Shown piece by piece: positions 11,901 to 24,525 of a stretch of DNA of 64,000 bases (position 1 is its first letter; the number at the start of each line of letters is the position of its first letter). The notes under the pieces were generated by a model, which had not been told where the DNA came from, did not search any database, and saw only the letters and a program-made list of their open reading frames with translations. The position numbers and the translations under genes were made by a program. Origin of the DNA: Pavona decussata. Its lineage: Eukaryota. Location: the NCBI GenBank assembly GCA_977016875.1, contig CDRNST010000148.1, positions 2,418,001-2,482,000 on the forward strand. Reading direction: 5' to 3'.

Positions 11901-14900
11901 CCTTTTTTCTCTTTCTTAGTTATAGGGGCACTTATTGGAACTGCGTCTTGTTACCATCCCCTGCAACGTCATCCCCCTTGCATCTGTTGTTATTGTTTTT
12001 CTGCCAGTGTATATTTTGTACCCTCTGTGGTGTTGCAATAAATAAAAGTATATAAAAAAGTAATGAAAAGAAAGTAATTTCACACAGTGAGTTACTGAGT
12101 TATTAGCCTGAAGAAAGGTGACTCTGTGTACTTCCGTTCTTTGCAGACTTTGCCCTAAGTTGGAGCAGTATGAGAAGGAATTTTTTGCTAGTGACTTGTG
12201 GAAAAAGCATTACAGTGAAGTAACAGCACCACTGTTAGTTGAGGTTGAAAAAGCAGTTGGTTTGAAGTACAATTTGAGTAAGTCACCATAATGCGGCACA
12301 TTTTAATCCTAGTAGGATAACAAAGTTGAATTGTTGGGGTGGAGTCTGTTGCACACTCAAAATCTTGACATTTTTAAAGACCTCAACAACCTCAGAATTA
12401 ATAGATAAAACATTAAAGATTAAAAGATGCCCTCATGTAACTTCTTAAAGCTGGAAAACGTTTTGGCATGAAAAAGATTCAAACTCATGATCTTTGAAAG
12501 CATACCAGTATAGTGCTTGTACCAACTGAGCTGAACTGTTTCAGAGTACTTATTAAGATGTCACTTTGAGTACTCTAACTTGCGAAGTCAAGGGAAGGGC
12601 TGTCGTTAATTTTTGAGAAACAGTACATGTTGCATTGAACTTTGCATTCAGCCTACAATAATCAACATCACCTGTAACACGGACCAAGGTCCTTTCACAG
12701 GCATTCAGCTGTAACAGGTGTTTTGAGTTAACAGCCCTTAAAGTGCACCTAGCCCCCCCCCAATTTTTTTCCACTTAAATAAATCTTTGCACCTGTTCGA
12801 AATGCATTGAGCCTCTTTTCAACCAAATCTTGACTTTTTATAGGCTGTAAAAGTTACGAAATCTAGCCATCATCTGTCCCATGACCGAGCTAGTAAGGGG
12901 CATGGGTCTATTCCTTACATGTCGTCACAAACTGCTTTGCATGCAATTTCACAAAGACTTAATACAATGCAAATCAGTTTGTGATGCCAAGTAAGGAATA
13001 AACCCATGCCCCTTACTAGCTCGGTCATGGGACAGATGATGGCTAGATTTCGTAACTTTTACAGCCTTTAAAAAGTCAAGATTTGGTTGAAAAAGGTGCC
13101 AAATAGCGCAATATTTTTCCATCAGGTGCAAAGAAGTATTTAAGAGAAAAAAAAAATTGGATGGTTAGGTGCACTTTAATGAAAGCTCTGAAGGGGATGT
13201 AAAGAATCTGCTTTGATTGACAATCCGATTTTGCTTTTCTTGCATGCTCTCAGCATCTGATGGATTGGTACACATAGCCGACTGCTTGCTAACCCACGTA
13301 TGCCACGATTTCTCCATCCCCCCTGCTGTGACTCAAGACATGTTGAATCGAATAGCTAGTGAGTTGCAGTTCATGTGGTACTCCATGTACAGTTACCCGT
13401 CTATCCAAGAGTTCTCAAAAGTCGGCATTGGATTTCTGATTGCTGAGATGTGGCAGGTAAGACATGCACTAGAATCTCAAATATCTGCAATATAGACATG
13501 AATAGACTCGAATAGACTTTCTGACAAATTGTTGTTGCCTTGGGTTACCTGTGGAGATAATGAATCTCATTATGAAAGCGAGGCTAAGTGCAAAGCTTTT
13601 CCTATGACAATTAGTTTTGTTTGCACATGAATAAAAACTAATTTTCGTAATAAAAACTTTGCAAAGTTTGGCCTTGCTTTCACAATGCTGTTCCACAGCA
13701 ATTCGGAAATGGCCTATTGCCAAATCCCTGCTGAGGTTGCTGTAACATAGAATTTTCCTTCGATAAACAGCAGTACTTTCCTCCAGTATTCTTGGCTGTT
13801 TTATACAAGGTGGTTCTAACTTTCTAATCCGGCCTAAAATTGTTTCTGACCGTTTCTTACGAAGGCTACAGAGTTGTACTGTTCTTTGCTAGTGTCTGTT
13901 ACACGAGGTGTTTCTAAATGTTTAGTCTGTGGAAGTGCGCACACCACTGTTGAGCAGTACTTTCCTTTTGGAGCTGTTTATTGTGCTGTTCAAGGTGGAG
14001 CTATTGAGGAAAGTGTGGCCATTCAAATGAAAGCTATTGAGCATTACTTTTCTATGGCACTTTTTATATCTTCCCGAATTTTCGGAAATCCGAGTGGCCG
14101 ATGAAAACTTGACCGCTTTTCGTGAAATGGCATCGAGTCACGAATTTTATGGCGCCGTGAAGGTTGAGAATGATGCAAGAAGAGAGAGGCGAGGTGAAAA
14201 AAGATCATGCAACCTTTTGTTTTCATATCGGCAACTTTTAACGATGAAACGCCGCTCGCACCGCACTCTCAGTCAAAGGACCCAATTGTTCAAAGCCCGA
14301 TTAAGCTAATCCTGGATTAACGTGAACTTTGATTCGAGTTTAATTACTTATCGGTAAAGATTCTTCCAAAAGATTTTCGCCCCTCAGACTCAGTTTTGAC
14401 TTAGACTTTTCTTTACCTTTAGCTTGCAATAAGGCTTTAAAACCTTTTTAAACAAGCGAGATGAAAACTTCGATTAACTTTTAATCGTAGATTAGCGCTA
14501 ATCGGCTTTCGAACAACCCGGCCCAGGTTCATAAAAAAGTTGCACAAGGTGCACAAAGGCAGGAGCTGTCTGAAATAAACCGCACTTTCCTATTTTTCTA
14601 ATGTCGAAATTCCATATTGTTCTACATTGCGTTTCAAGGGAATATGTTTGTTTTGGCTTGATCAAAGATGAGCAAAGGCCGCAAATTCCCGATAACTGAC
14701 ATCGAATTTTTCTGTTTTCTCAGGCAATGCAAGACTCTATAGAAGGAGAAACGACTAAGAAGTTTTACCTTTACTCTGGGCATGACATGACAGGTACGTT
14801 GGAAGTAAAAATGCGAAACTATAACCTTAGGAGTGTCCTTGCTGCATAATCGTTTCGTTCCTGGTTTCGTTACAAAGTTAAGAATAAAAAATGTGATTGT

Positions 14901-15550
14901 TTCTCGTTTCGTAACAACGTTAACTATAAAAATTGAATTGTTTCTTGTTCTAAAAGCGACTTCGGCTTTAAAATGTTCCTAGCTACTTCTGTATATTTTT
15001 GTGTTCATGTACATGGGAGAGTAAATTGAGATCAAATATTATATCATGCGTCACTTTTAAAATGCAGCGAATCGTCCAAACTTCAGTGTAGAGAAATGAC
15101 TGGTAACCTTTCCAATAAATTGAATCTCTTGCCATCTGTTTCGCTTAGAGTTGTTGACCGTCGCACCTCAGCAACTGAGAACTCGAAAGACGACAGGTGT
15201 TGACATTTAGAATTCACAGTTAGATTTCTTTTGTTTCTTTAGTGATGCCATTTCTCCAAGCCTTCAACGCCAGTGATCGTAAGTGGTCTCCATACGCCTC
15301 CATGGTCCAACTAGAGCTTCTGGAGGTCACTAACTCTACAAACACAGATTACGCCGTACGACTGCTGTACCACGGTGAAGAGCGCCGCATCCCTTATTGC
15401 AGCGGCTCGCCATGCACCATGGCTGAATTCAGTGAGTACATCAAGACTATCACTCCTCAAGACCCTGCTTCAGAGTGCAAGATCACCAACCCTGGCATTA
15501 TGACCGGCCCACCCCCACCACTTCCAAGCAAGGCACGTGTTCTGTATTGA
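5963..15550 (+). CDS. Histidine acid phosphatase (His_Phos_2 / clade 2), secreted or lysosomal, 444 aa, 9 exons
   Basis: Exons 5963-6132, 7422-7564, 8189-8359, 9622-9641, 10328-10446, 12147-12277, 13254-13456, 14724-14793, 15243-15550; all GT-AG, phases consistent, 1335 nt. Signal peptide; RHGDRT catalytic motif; CGLGHLTFKG..Q; RTRQSA; LYSGHD proton-donor motif; SPYAS and VRLLYHG C-terminal motifs; no C-terminal TM helix. Confidence 0.93.
8786..9400 (+). mobile_element. PIF/Harbinger internal-deletion derivative in phosphatase intron 3
   Basis: TTA on both flanks; long imperfect TIRs (agccgcggccacacg / catgtggctgtggct); decayed KKRSTWVCPWLAKRKEQGLYHQLLKEI..ELLRM at about 9030-9185 resembles a Harbinger transposase N-terminus. 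Confidence 0.75.
10806..11551 (-). mobile_element. AcademH-like non-autonomous DNA transposon with RecQ-like helicase remnant (intron 5)
   Basis: TAG...CTA termini, about 75-bp TIRs (tagcctcccacgcagacgttctt / aagaacgtctgcgtgggaggcta), exact 9-bp TSD gtgtgtttg (10797-10805, 11552-11560); ORF 11366-11175 has VFVNLPTGYGKSLIYQ (RecQ-type motif I). Confidence 0.85.
12742..13175. mobile_element. Kolobok-like foldback MITE with TTAA TSD (intron 6)
   Basis: ttaa|agtgcaccta ... taggtgcact|ttaa; arms of about 200 bp pair almost throughout around a short spacer. Confidence 0.8.
13568..13719. mobile_element. Partial MITE (caataggccat family); related fragment at 58241-58311
   Basis: Ends cggaaatggcctattg; internal gcgaggctaagtgca..gcttttc matches 58241-58311, which begins caataggccatccgagttg. 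Confidence 0.55.
14278..14524. mobile_element. MITE in intron 7
   Basis: Imperfect TIRs ggacccaattgttcaaagcccgattaagctaatc / gattagcgctaatcggctttcgaacaacccggccc. Confidence 0.7.
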
Positions 15551-16003
15551 GATAAACCACGCCCTAACACGTGGTGAATCGATATCTGCTTGGAACTTTG
15601 CGTTAATTTAGAGCTACAGTTGTGCAACCGGATTTGACGAACGGATTACGTAGTACGGAAATGGTCATTTTTTAACAAACAGAACATTGATTCACTATGT
15701 GCTGAATGAGTCCAAATATAACCAGTTCAATTCACCAGGAAAGCAGTTTTCAGCCGAAAAGTTTAAAATGTTAACGAATGCATGGTTGCCGTACTAAGGT
15801 TCGTTTGTTGATTGAGCCCCGGCCCTAGTAAGAGCAGTTACCGAATTTTGGACCTTTAATGCTGTGTAATACCAATTTTTTTTAAAAAATTAAGCAAGCA
15901 AGACCATTTGTTGGTTCATTGAACTGTAACCTCTATTTAGCCCCAATAGAAACAAACCTCAGTTTCTTAATGAACATCAAGTGACGCATTGCCCAGAATG
16001 CTA

Positions 16004-16170
16004 TGGACCGTTATCACTCGGCGGCCATGTTGAGTCTCGGGGGAATGTGAAGCGTTGTTTTTGGATGGCAAGCCTCGGCCAGACGCGAATTCAGTGCGAG
16101 GCTTGCCGTACAAAAACAAAGCTTTTTACTCCCCTGAAACTCAACATGGCCGCCGAGTGATAAGGGTCTA
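16004..16170. mobile_element. Palindromic hairpin MITE
   Basis: tggaccgttatcactcggcggccatgttgag ... ctcaacatggccgccgagtgataagggtcta, with inner pairing ggcaagcctcg / cgaggcttgcc. Confidence 0.8.
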
Positions 16171-16171
16171 G

Positions 16172-16529
16172 AACGACGACGACAAGGGCAGCGAAAACGT
16201 CACTATAAAAATGAATTCGCGTTTTTTCAAACGTCGTCGCGATTATTCCAACTCGCTTTAAATGTCAAATGTAGGTGAAATTTCCTGGAGTTGAGTACTT
16301 GAGACCGCACCCAAGTTTAAAAGGAGAAAGAAAAATTCGTCGTCGTGTGTTTACATTCTCCATAAAACGTCGCATCAGGAAATTTCACGTCCTAGTCGTG
16401 TAGTGACGGCAAATTAATTTACCAAAACGTGTGATGCACGTGCAGAGTTGTTGTTTTGGTTATTCAGCCTATTGCTTTTTTTTTTTTTTGACGTTGCCGT
16501 CGCCGTCCTCGTTGCTAAAGCTCCCTATT
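16172..16529. mobile_element. MITE with truncated left end
   Basis: aacgacgacgacaagggcagcgaaaacgtca pairs loosely with tgacgttgccgtcgccgtcctcgtt; terminus gctaaagctccctatt. Confidence 0.6.
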
Positions 16530-16829
16530 GTTTCTCGCGACATGCTTTTCAAATTTAGCGCTCTGGACCACAGGAAGGTCCCGGATGTGTCGCGGCATTC
16601 TGGGTGATGCCGATTGGGGGACAAACTGAGAAAAAGTCCCCGACGGAAATCTAGCCTATAACCATCCTTAGATTGGTCGGATGCAGTTTATTAAGTTCAT
16701 GTGTGACATGCGCCCTGCTTGCCGCTAGGTTCAATTAATAGGAAAGCAATAAGAAGGCTCTAACTTTCGAAATTTGGGATGAAAGCTACCGGGGGTCATC
16801 CTCGATAGCTTTTGATGAAGTCCTATGAG

Positions 16830-17055
16830 CGTGTAGCCATTCAAATGAAAGCTACGAGCCGAGTTCTTTGCTGGATTAACATACCTTCCGTCCCTACATC
16901 TCATCACAAGGACGCCTGATATGCAGGTTAAGTCTAGAGTGACCATTAAATGAAAGCTACTGAGCAGTACTTTGCTGTGGTGCTGTTTTGTTATACTGTA
17001 TAAGATGGTTCTAATGTTTGAGTCTAGAGGACATATTTTAAATGAAATGAAAGCT
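16830..17055 (+). repeat. Degenerate copies of a dispersed gaccattcaaatgaaagctactgagcagtac repeat
   Basis: Related copies at about 4200-4560 (reverse), 9840-9980, 13760-14060, 22160-22200 and 51470-51530. Confidence 0.65.
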
Positions 17056-20000
17056 CTTTCTTTGTTTTTTGCTTGGCACGAACTCTAAAGACTCTCAACA
17101 GATTCTCCTCCATACATCTTCCGTGTGGACTCACGAGATTTTTTAGCACGCGATGCATGTGACCTTTCCTTCATCAATTTTATTAAAGAAAGGTGAGCCT
17201 GGTAATCTAACTCTTGTTACGTACCGACTTCACTCATTACATGCTGTAAGTAATATCAAGGAAAGTTGATCGTCTCCACCGAGTTAGATCGTGACCAACT
17301 ATTGTTACATTTGATGGACCTTGTCCTGAGGCTACTGAGGTAAGTGCAAGTGTATGCATCTCTAGCGCCATTTTACTAGAGTTGATAGTGTGGTGATGCA
17401 AAAGAAATCAAGGGCCAGGCGCATTTAAGAGCCGATTAGCTGTGTTCCAGGTACCGGTATTCCTTGAATAGTCGACACATGAAATATTCAAGATAATCAG
17501 TTTCGCATTCTTGTGGCAGCTGTGGATATCCGGCAAAAGCCGACGATTAGTTTTGATCCACGATTTTGTGCTGTGAAATTAGGCCAATACACTAAATGCA
17601 CCAGCAGTTTCTGTTTTGTTTCCGCACAAAACATTTGTTTAATCTGACTCGTGTGCTGGCAGGCAACGAGAACTTCAAAGTAGCACACTTCCTTGTGTAC
17701 TACGTCTTTCTATCTCTTAATTTAATTAAGAACTCTACAAAACAACAACTATATTTGGGCAAACTCTTTTTAATTGCGAGAATTGAACCAGGATGGTGAA
17801 AGCTCATGATTTGGATTAACAGTCTTTGATGAGCTGGCGTATTCTGCGTGAGCTCTGAAATAGAGATGACTCATAGAGTGATAAACCACAGTCCGGACGA
17901 CAAAAACAGGGAATTTATGGCATGTGTGACTCTTTATTGTAGCCAGTTTAAATTAGCCTGTGCACAGTGCACAGGTTCACAGGCTAGTTTAAATCCATCA
18001 TCGCGGTTCGCATTTCTTATTACATGGGTTGATTCTAGAAATTTGGGCACTGCAGACATTGTACGCTTATATCAGCTTATATACCCTGTTCGAGACGCTT
18101 GAGAAATGCGTACGAAGTTGTATTACATTCCACATCTAGTTTACTTTATAATATACCCTAATATTTAATTACCGTCGCCCTTCGGCCTTCCTGCTGTTGA
18201 AACTGTAACTCACGCATTGATAATTTCTTTTGGTGTGAAGCAAATAGAAGGAGTTGATTTCTCCTGTTGATTTCCAGTTATTGTTCCAGTTGCGCACTTA
18301 GCGAAGGATAATCGCTCTGAAATTTGGGACTTGGGCCAAAACCACTCGATTATCTAAAGTGCTGTACTCAAACCGCTGAAATGCGTGTTTTTACATAACA
18401 TCACTCCTTTCCTGTATATGCAAGATAAGATAGAGGTTTTTTGATTGAGCATGAGGTTTTCCAGATCAGTAGCATAATTTAAAAACGTCTACTTACATCC
18501 GTAAACGACACAGTACTAGACAAAACTTAACAACGGCCCAGGTAACACAACACAACTACGAAACAAACAAACAAAAATAATGTGTTGACATTTGCTACAT
18601 TTTATGATCATCGATCAAGCGAGGAGCTAGTTGTGTCTTGTCAGCCATTTATGGTAAGCGCTTTAACTTTAAGAATGTGGATAATTGTGATAACAAGATT
18701 TTGGCCTGGGGAAGCAGATCTCGGGGCGAGACTCTGCAAACCTGGGGAAACACACTCGCTGGCTGCGAAGAGGCTGGGATCTGTTACAGGAACGTTATCT
18801 CGGAGACTTCCGCAACATCACACAGAACTTTGGTCCAACAGTCGAGTTTTAATCCACTTCGTTACCAGAACGTAACCAAAGAATAGTTTACAAAGCATTT
18901 GTACTACAGAAGCGACACGATTAGCTAATTTTCATTCAAACGTCTAATACAACATTAACTTATGCGCTCTTTGGAACATAATTGGAGGAAACGGAGTCAA
19001 GCTTGTACAACATTAAAAAACAACACAGGTGGATAACAGTTTATCAAAAGGCTAGCGCAGGTTACAACAAAACTTCAACGCTTAATTACAGTTATGGTCA
19101 AATTAAACAACAGCATGTAACAGTCACGGTTATTGAACTGGAAACTCAAAGTGAATGTTGGTTTTTCAATATTTTTATCAGCGATGCAAATAAAACTTTT
19201 GAGCTTATTTCCCGCGAATTATGAGCATGTTTGTTCACCGTTCTTTTTTCGCGAATTTGTTACGTGTAAGCATCCACGAACTTGTCACCTTAAGGCTCGA
19301 AGGGAATTTCACCCCCAAAAATGATCTGCGGAACTGGTTTTGTTTCTAGAAACTTAGGGTTTATCAATATTGCTCATATACTGTATCCGCCTGTTGATCC
19401 ATATCTATATCCGGTCTAATTAAACAATACCGAACTGAATCCCGGAGGTCGGAAACCGATCGCGCCTACGTGGCTCAATGTCGGACAATGTAAAAACTAA
19501 TTACTGGTTGCTTGTACCACACCACAGATGGATATCCGCTAAACTGCCTTGCCTTTCAATATTTTAGCCTTTCGTGCTCAAGGCCATATTTATTGTCCTA
19601 GTAGACACTTGTTATGCCGGAAGAAAACCAGACAACGAGAATCTTATCCGTCGCATTAGGAGATTAATTTTGTAATCCGTTTGATTTTCCCCTTTTCCGT
19701 TCGAGTTCTAGACGACTTGCCTGTTAACCCGCTTCCCGCAGAACGCGAAACTTCAGTTACATAAAATGGATCTCTAGGACTCTCTGAATACTGAAATTCA
19801 GTCAAGCCTGACCGTTCTCAGAAGAACATACACTGATAAAACACTACCCGTTGAATTAGTGTGGTACTATAGCTTGAATGTACTTTAAATTTCGTACAAG
19901 ATCACTCTTTGCATCCAAAGTAAGTGTTTCCATTCGTTTTCCCGTTTAAAGCGACAAGTTTCATATCCTTGCCAAATTTGTAGTCAGGATGTTTTTCATG

Positions 20001-20919
20001 CATGTTCTCGTAAAGGTTGCGAATAAGGTGTCGAGTTTACATTGACTACATTAGAAAGCACCGGCGGGGAAGGCACCCGAACTGAATATTTTTCCCTTTC
20101 TTTTTTCTTCTTGATGACACTCCTGTAATTTCAATGTTGCGTGGGTTTGTTATCATTCATGTTCTATAAAAAGTAATGCACTTGACTCTAAAATGATCCT
20201 TACTTTGGAGCATTCTCGATTGAGTTGTAGTACTGATGTTGCCATCTGTTTTATGTTGTTTTTTTTTTATGAACCAATTTCTTATCCGGCTTGCCAAATT
20301 TTGTAGCTAAGCTGCATTTTCTAACAAAAGTTGATGAAGTAGTGAGTTTACTTTAAAAAGCACGCTGGAAGGCATCTGTAAGACTGATGTTTTTTTCTTA
20401 TGTCATACTTGTAAGCTCAATATTGCGTGCGTTTGTTCTCATAAAAAATAATGCACTTGACTCGAAGAGAAAGACGAGAGCCTTCAATGTAAAGCGTCCT
20501 TGTTTCGCGACCTGTCCTTCAAATGAAAATCCCTGTAACAAAACGCTTTGATTGGAACTTTCCGTTCTAATTACACGCCACTGTTATTGTTTAGTTTTTT
20601 AATTAGCCAAGATGACCTGAACAAAAGAACACGACCTGGCGACTAAACTAGTGCAAACAACGTTATCTTTGTTTTTGCAAAGTGGCTGATATTCGTACGC
20701 AAAGCTACAGTGAATACCGCAAATTAATTGAAATCCCTCCCGTGTCATGACCTCGAAGGCTAATGCGGCTTAGCCAAAGAAGTGAATACACGCTAGTCTT
20801 AATTCAGTCTAGTGCTGGAAAAACTTCACCATTATACAGCTCCGAACACGTGGATAAAAACTTCTGAACTGGAACTGTCGAGCTGGAAGCTTATCCCCTG
20901 GGATTTTGTTGCGTTTAGC

Positions 20920-20932
20920 GTCACCTAGCAAC
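20920..20932 (+). promoter_or_regulatory. RFX X-box
   Basis: GTCACCTAGCAAC matches GTNRCC-N(0-3)-RGYAAC exactly; about 300 bp upstream of ATG 21230. Confidence 0.5.
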
Positions 20933-21229
20933 AGAGTATTTAATTAAGGTGGCCAACTGAGGGGAAATACAAATTGGACCGATTTATTTGTGGTATCTGA
21001 CTACACGCAAGGGACCGGAGCTACGTGCAATAACAAACGTATTTTCAACGAGAGATCAGGTCGGATTTCAACCATAGTGAAAGAAAGGCGATCGTAGAGT
21101 ACAGAGCTACACCTCTGTTCTTTCATCTTTAAACTCTCTCAACGCCCGCCTTAGTCTTTTCGGTTGATTGATTTCCTCTCTTTGTAACAGAGAAAGGAAG
21201 TCGTTGTTGAGTTCCTGCATTGCTGAAAA

Positions 21230-24200
21230 ATGTCCCTGGAAAATTGCCGACCCCAGACATGTTATGCTGTTTCAAATCGTCCCAGGTAAGTCATCGCTGT
21301 TTCATTTGTTTTTTCTGGCGTTGTCTTTCAGTTGTACTACTGAATGGAATTTTACTGGTCCCGAAACTGTACGAGTGTGGACGAGGGACGGGTCTTTTAC
21401 AGCTTCCAGTTAGTTCTCAGAGACAATTGCAAACAATATCAGTTTATGAACAATTGACAGGGATGCTAAAAGAATGCACCGAGTCGCCACAAGATTGGAT
21501 TATGTTTTCTGCCGTGTGTCTCTGCTTCCGGCAATCAAAGAGAAATCTGCTTCGATTTATTTGAAAAATTGAAATATATCTGCTATCATTTGTTTTGAAT
21601 GCATGCATTTGTACTGGATCTCGTTTAGGAGCTGATATCATAACAGTAAGTTTCCAGTTTCATTTCGCGCTCCTTTCCCTTTTGCAGTAAGTACGGCGAT
21701 TGTACATGTATTCTTCGCAACCCATCGTTTGTTTATACAATGTTTGTATACTTGAACAGAATTGTTTTACACAACTTTTAAGAATTTGCATTCTAATTAA
21801 GTCGTCCTTTTGTATTTAGCGCTTGTTGAACAGTTTTAACAACAGCTGGCATCAGCTCGGCTACGGAATATGATGCTATCTACAGCCGAATGAGCTATCT
21901 GTGCTATCTTTAATTCTGAACTGGAACGTTCCAGTGTGAGGCGTTAATTTTCATAACAATACTGTCAACAATATATCAAAGATTTTCAAGAAGGCAATGC
22001 TTGACTTGAAATGCTTGCCATTTCTATTTTATTCTGTTTGTTTATGAAACATCTTCTATTCAAAAACAGTTTGTGGAAGTTTGACGCGGAAGTGTCAATT
22101 GTGCTAAAATCACTAATTACTAAATTGTAATCCTCCTACTCAACTCATCATCAGAACCATTACTTTTGAGTGTATGGATGAAATCCTTAAATTCACATGG
22201 GAGCATTGTTCCCTGGTCATGCTTTACATAACCTTTAATAAGAAACTTAATGGTCCATGTAATCAGCGCGAATTCCAAAAAGGTTCCAAAATAGGTGTTA
22301 GCCGGGTTGTCGCGTTTTTTTTTTTTTTTAATGTTTCAGTTTCTGCGACCAAATAAGGATCGATACGTTCATCAGTTTGATGAGTTGAATTTTGATATTT
22401 TTTTCCTCGAATTAAATTCTTAAGTAAGGGCAATCCAAAACCTGAACAGAGTTTATTTAGTTAGTATTTTGCAACCTTCAAACAACATCTTTTCACTGCG
22501 CCACGATTGCCTTTCAACTTTATTCAGTGGGTTAAAACAGATTGGAACTACCAGACGTTTTTTCACTTAATTAAAAATCTGACAAGACCTCCGCGCTCGC
22601 GTTTAGAATTGAGCTTTCTAACTCATTCGCGGTAATTTTGTCTATTTTAACTAAATTTTCCCTCAGTTCACGCTCACGTTCACTATAATAAAGTATGGTT
22701 CACAAACTGGTTTAATAGTAATCCATCTATTCAGTCTGTCAATGATCCTAAGGTGTGATCATTTGATTTACGAATGCTAACGAGTAAGGCCTCGCTGAGG
22801 TGCTGTTTTTTTCGGTTAAGATGGTATGCATGTAACATTTGAGCCTGTAGATGGAGCCTTCAAGGGTGAGTCCACTATAATTATGCACTACTTTCAGTTT
22901 ATGTGATGCTGTTTATTACGACGTCGTTGTCCAACTGTGATAGGAGATGTTTAAATGATGACCATTTAATATCAGTTTTTCACCCTTGGCCTTGCTTTCA
23001 TATGGTACCGATTCCATCTTGATCAGTTCTATGCGGCACCTTTGGCGGTTGAAAACAAATACGCCAGTCTAACTCCATGCCTGTTAAACAGATTGACATT
23101 TTCTCAATGAACTACCGTAAGATTCTTATTAAACACAAGCCCCCAAATCTTAGACGCTAAAATCCTTCCGATAATAAACCAATCCAGTCCTCGTTTCCGG
23201 AATAAAACTCATGGACTGTTAGGGTAAATAGTTTCAAGCTGTTTCCATTGTTCAAACCAGAAGTATGTCACCTTGCTAGATGGTAATCGCAGTTCAAACC
23301 CAACCAAGTTTCAAACGCAAAATTTTGTCCAATAATAACCCCTCCCCAAACACCTTAAAAACAGGCTCTTCACGGAAATAAGTCCCAAAACGTGCTTTGA
23401 ACTAATATAAACCCTGGGGTTGTATCCGGAACTTTACGGTTATTGTTTTCACTGGTTAATTATTCTCGAGTCATGTAGGTGTCCTGAATGAGAAGCAAGT
23501 CCATCCCATGGTTACCCCCAGTGAATGTTATGTACCTATCACGGGAGGGGTGGGGAGGCCAGGTAAAGGCGGGACATTTGAATTTAGTTGAGTTTTTTTT
23601 TTGTCCAAAAAGCGTGTGTGGATGGTCAAAAGAGTCTGTAAGCGTCTTTGAAAATTTGTCAAAAAGAACACTAAAACGGTCAAAATGTCGCCGTTACGGG
23701 CAGCTGCAGACTGATTACTGTCAAAATCCCCCGCCAATGCCCGGCCTCCTCCTCCCCCGCCTTCCTAGCGGATTGACAATTGATAGGTGTATTAGGATTC
23801 CTAGCTAACAGATTGGCAGGACCTAGGCAGAGAAAGACAATGGGAAACAAAGTTTCTCGTCAGGCAATAACTGCCACGATTTCCTGCCATCGCGTTTCTT
23901 CAATAGACGAGAATCTTTAATCCAGATTGCCATTTTCCTCGGCAAATCACTGATTTATACTTTCTCTTTGCTCTTCGCTCGTTTGGACAGGAGCTAGTAG
24001 CCTTCATTGACTCGCACGCCGTGCGTGTGTGATTGCAGGATACATCGTGTACATTTCGATATGTTTCATTTTTAGTGTGCTTGAGGTTTTTCCTGTTGCG
24101 GTTGTTTCTATTATAAATTTAAGGCATTTTCGATTCGATTTAGAAGTAGCAAAAAAAATATCTTTTACTCATTTACATTCGGTTCAGCAGATGTAAAGTT

Positions 24201-24525
24201 CGACGTTTGGAATCCATATCGTTTTTCATCAACCTTTGTAAAGAATTATATAGAAGCCATTAACATTTCTATAAAGAGCTTTTTAAAATCCTATTTGTAA
24301 ATTCCTTTTCATACGTGCAGACAACTAGTTTGTTCTAAAATGCGCGCGCAGAGGATAGCATTAGGCCCAGTCGTCGATGTAGAACTCGCACAAAGGGTCT
24401 CACAACCTTTAGATAACATACAGGAACAAAAGTGGCATAAACCTGAACCTTCAGTGCAAACCAGAACAAGTTGTTGTCCAAATGGTCGTCATGGTAGCTT
24501 CAAGTTCGCGCAGGAAAATTTCTAG
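21230..24525 (+). CDS. Putative spliced 86-aa microprotein (uncharacterised)
   Basis: Exon 21191-21285 (taacag| ... ccag|gtaagt) with AAAAATG at 21230, phase 2, joins in frame to 24321-24525 (ccttttcatacgtgcag|); AATAAA at 24624; possible non-coding exon about 19799-19919 (TCAGTC, donor |gtaagt). Confidence 0.5.
23115..23439. mobile_element. Tc1/mariner-like MITE
   Basis: ta|ccgtaagatt..aagccccc ... ggggttgtatccggaactttacgg; right TA degenerate. Confidence 0.5.
23528..23793. mobile_element. MITE with G-rich and C-rich subterminal arms
   Basis: ttatgtacctatca ... tgataggtgtatta; ggcgggacatttga pairs with tcaaaatcccccgcc. Confidence 0.6.

Noticed and set aside
21259-21285. MLCCFKSSQ, a GAP-43-like palmitoylation start
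   Set aside because: Phase 0 splicing to 24321 stops after five codons; ATG 21230 has better context and gives an open frame.
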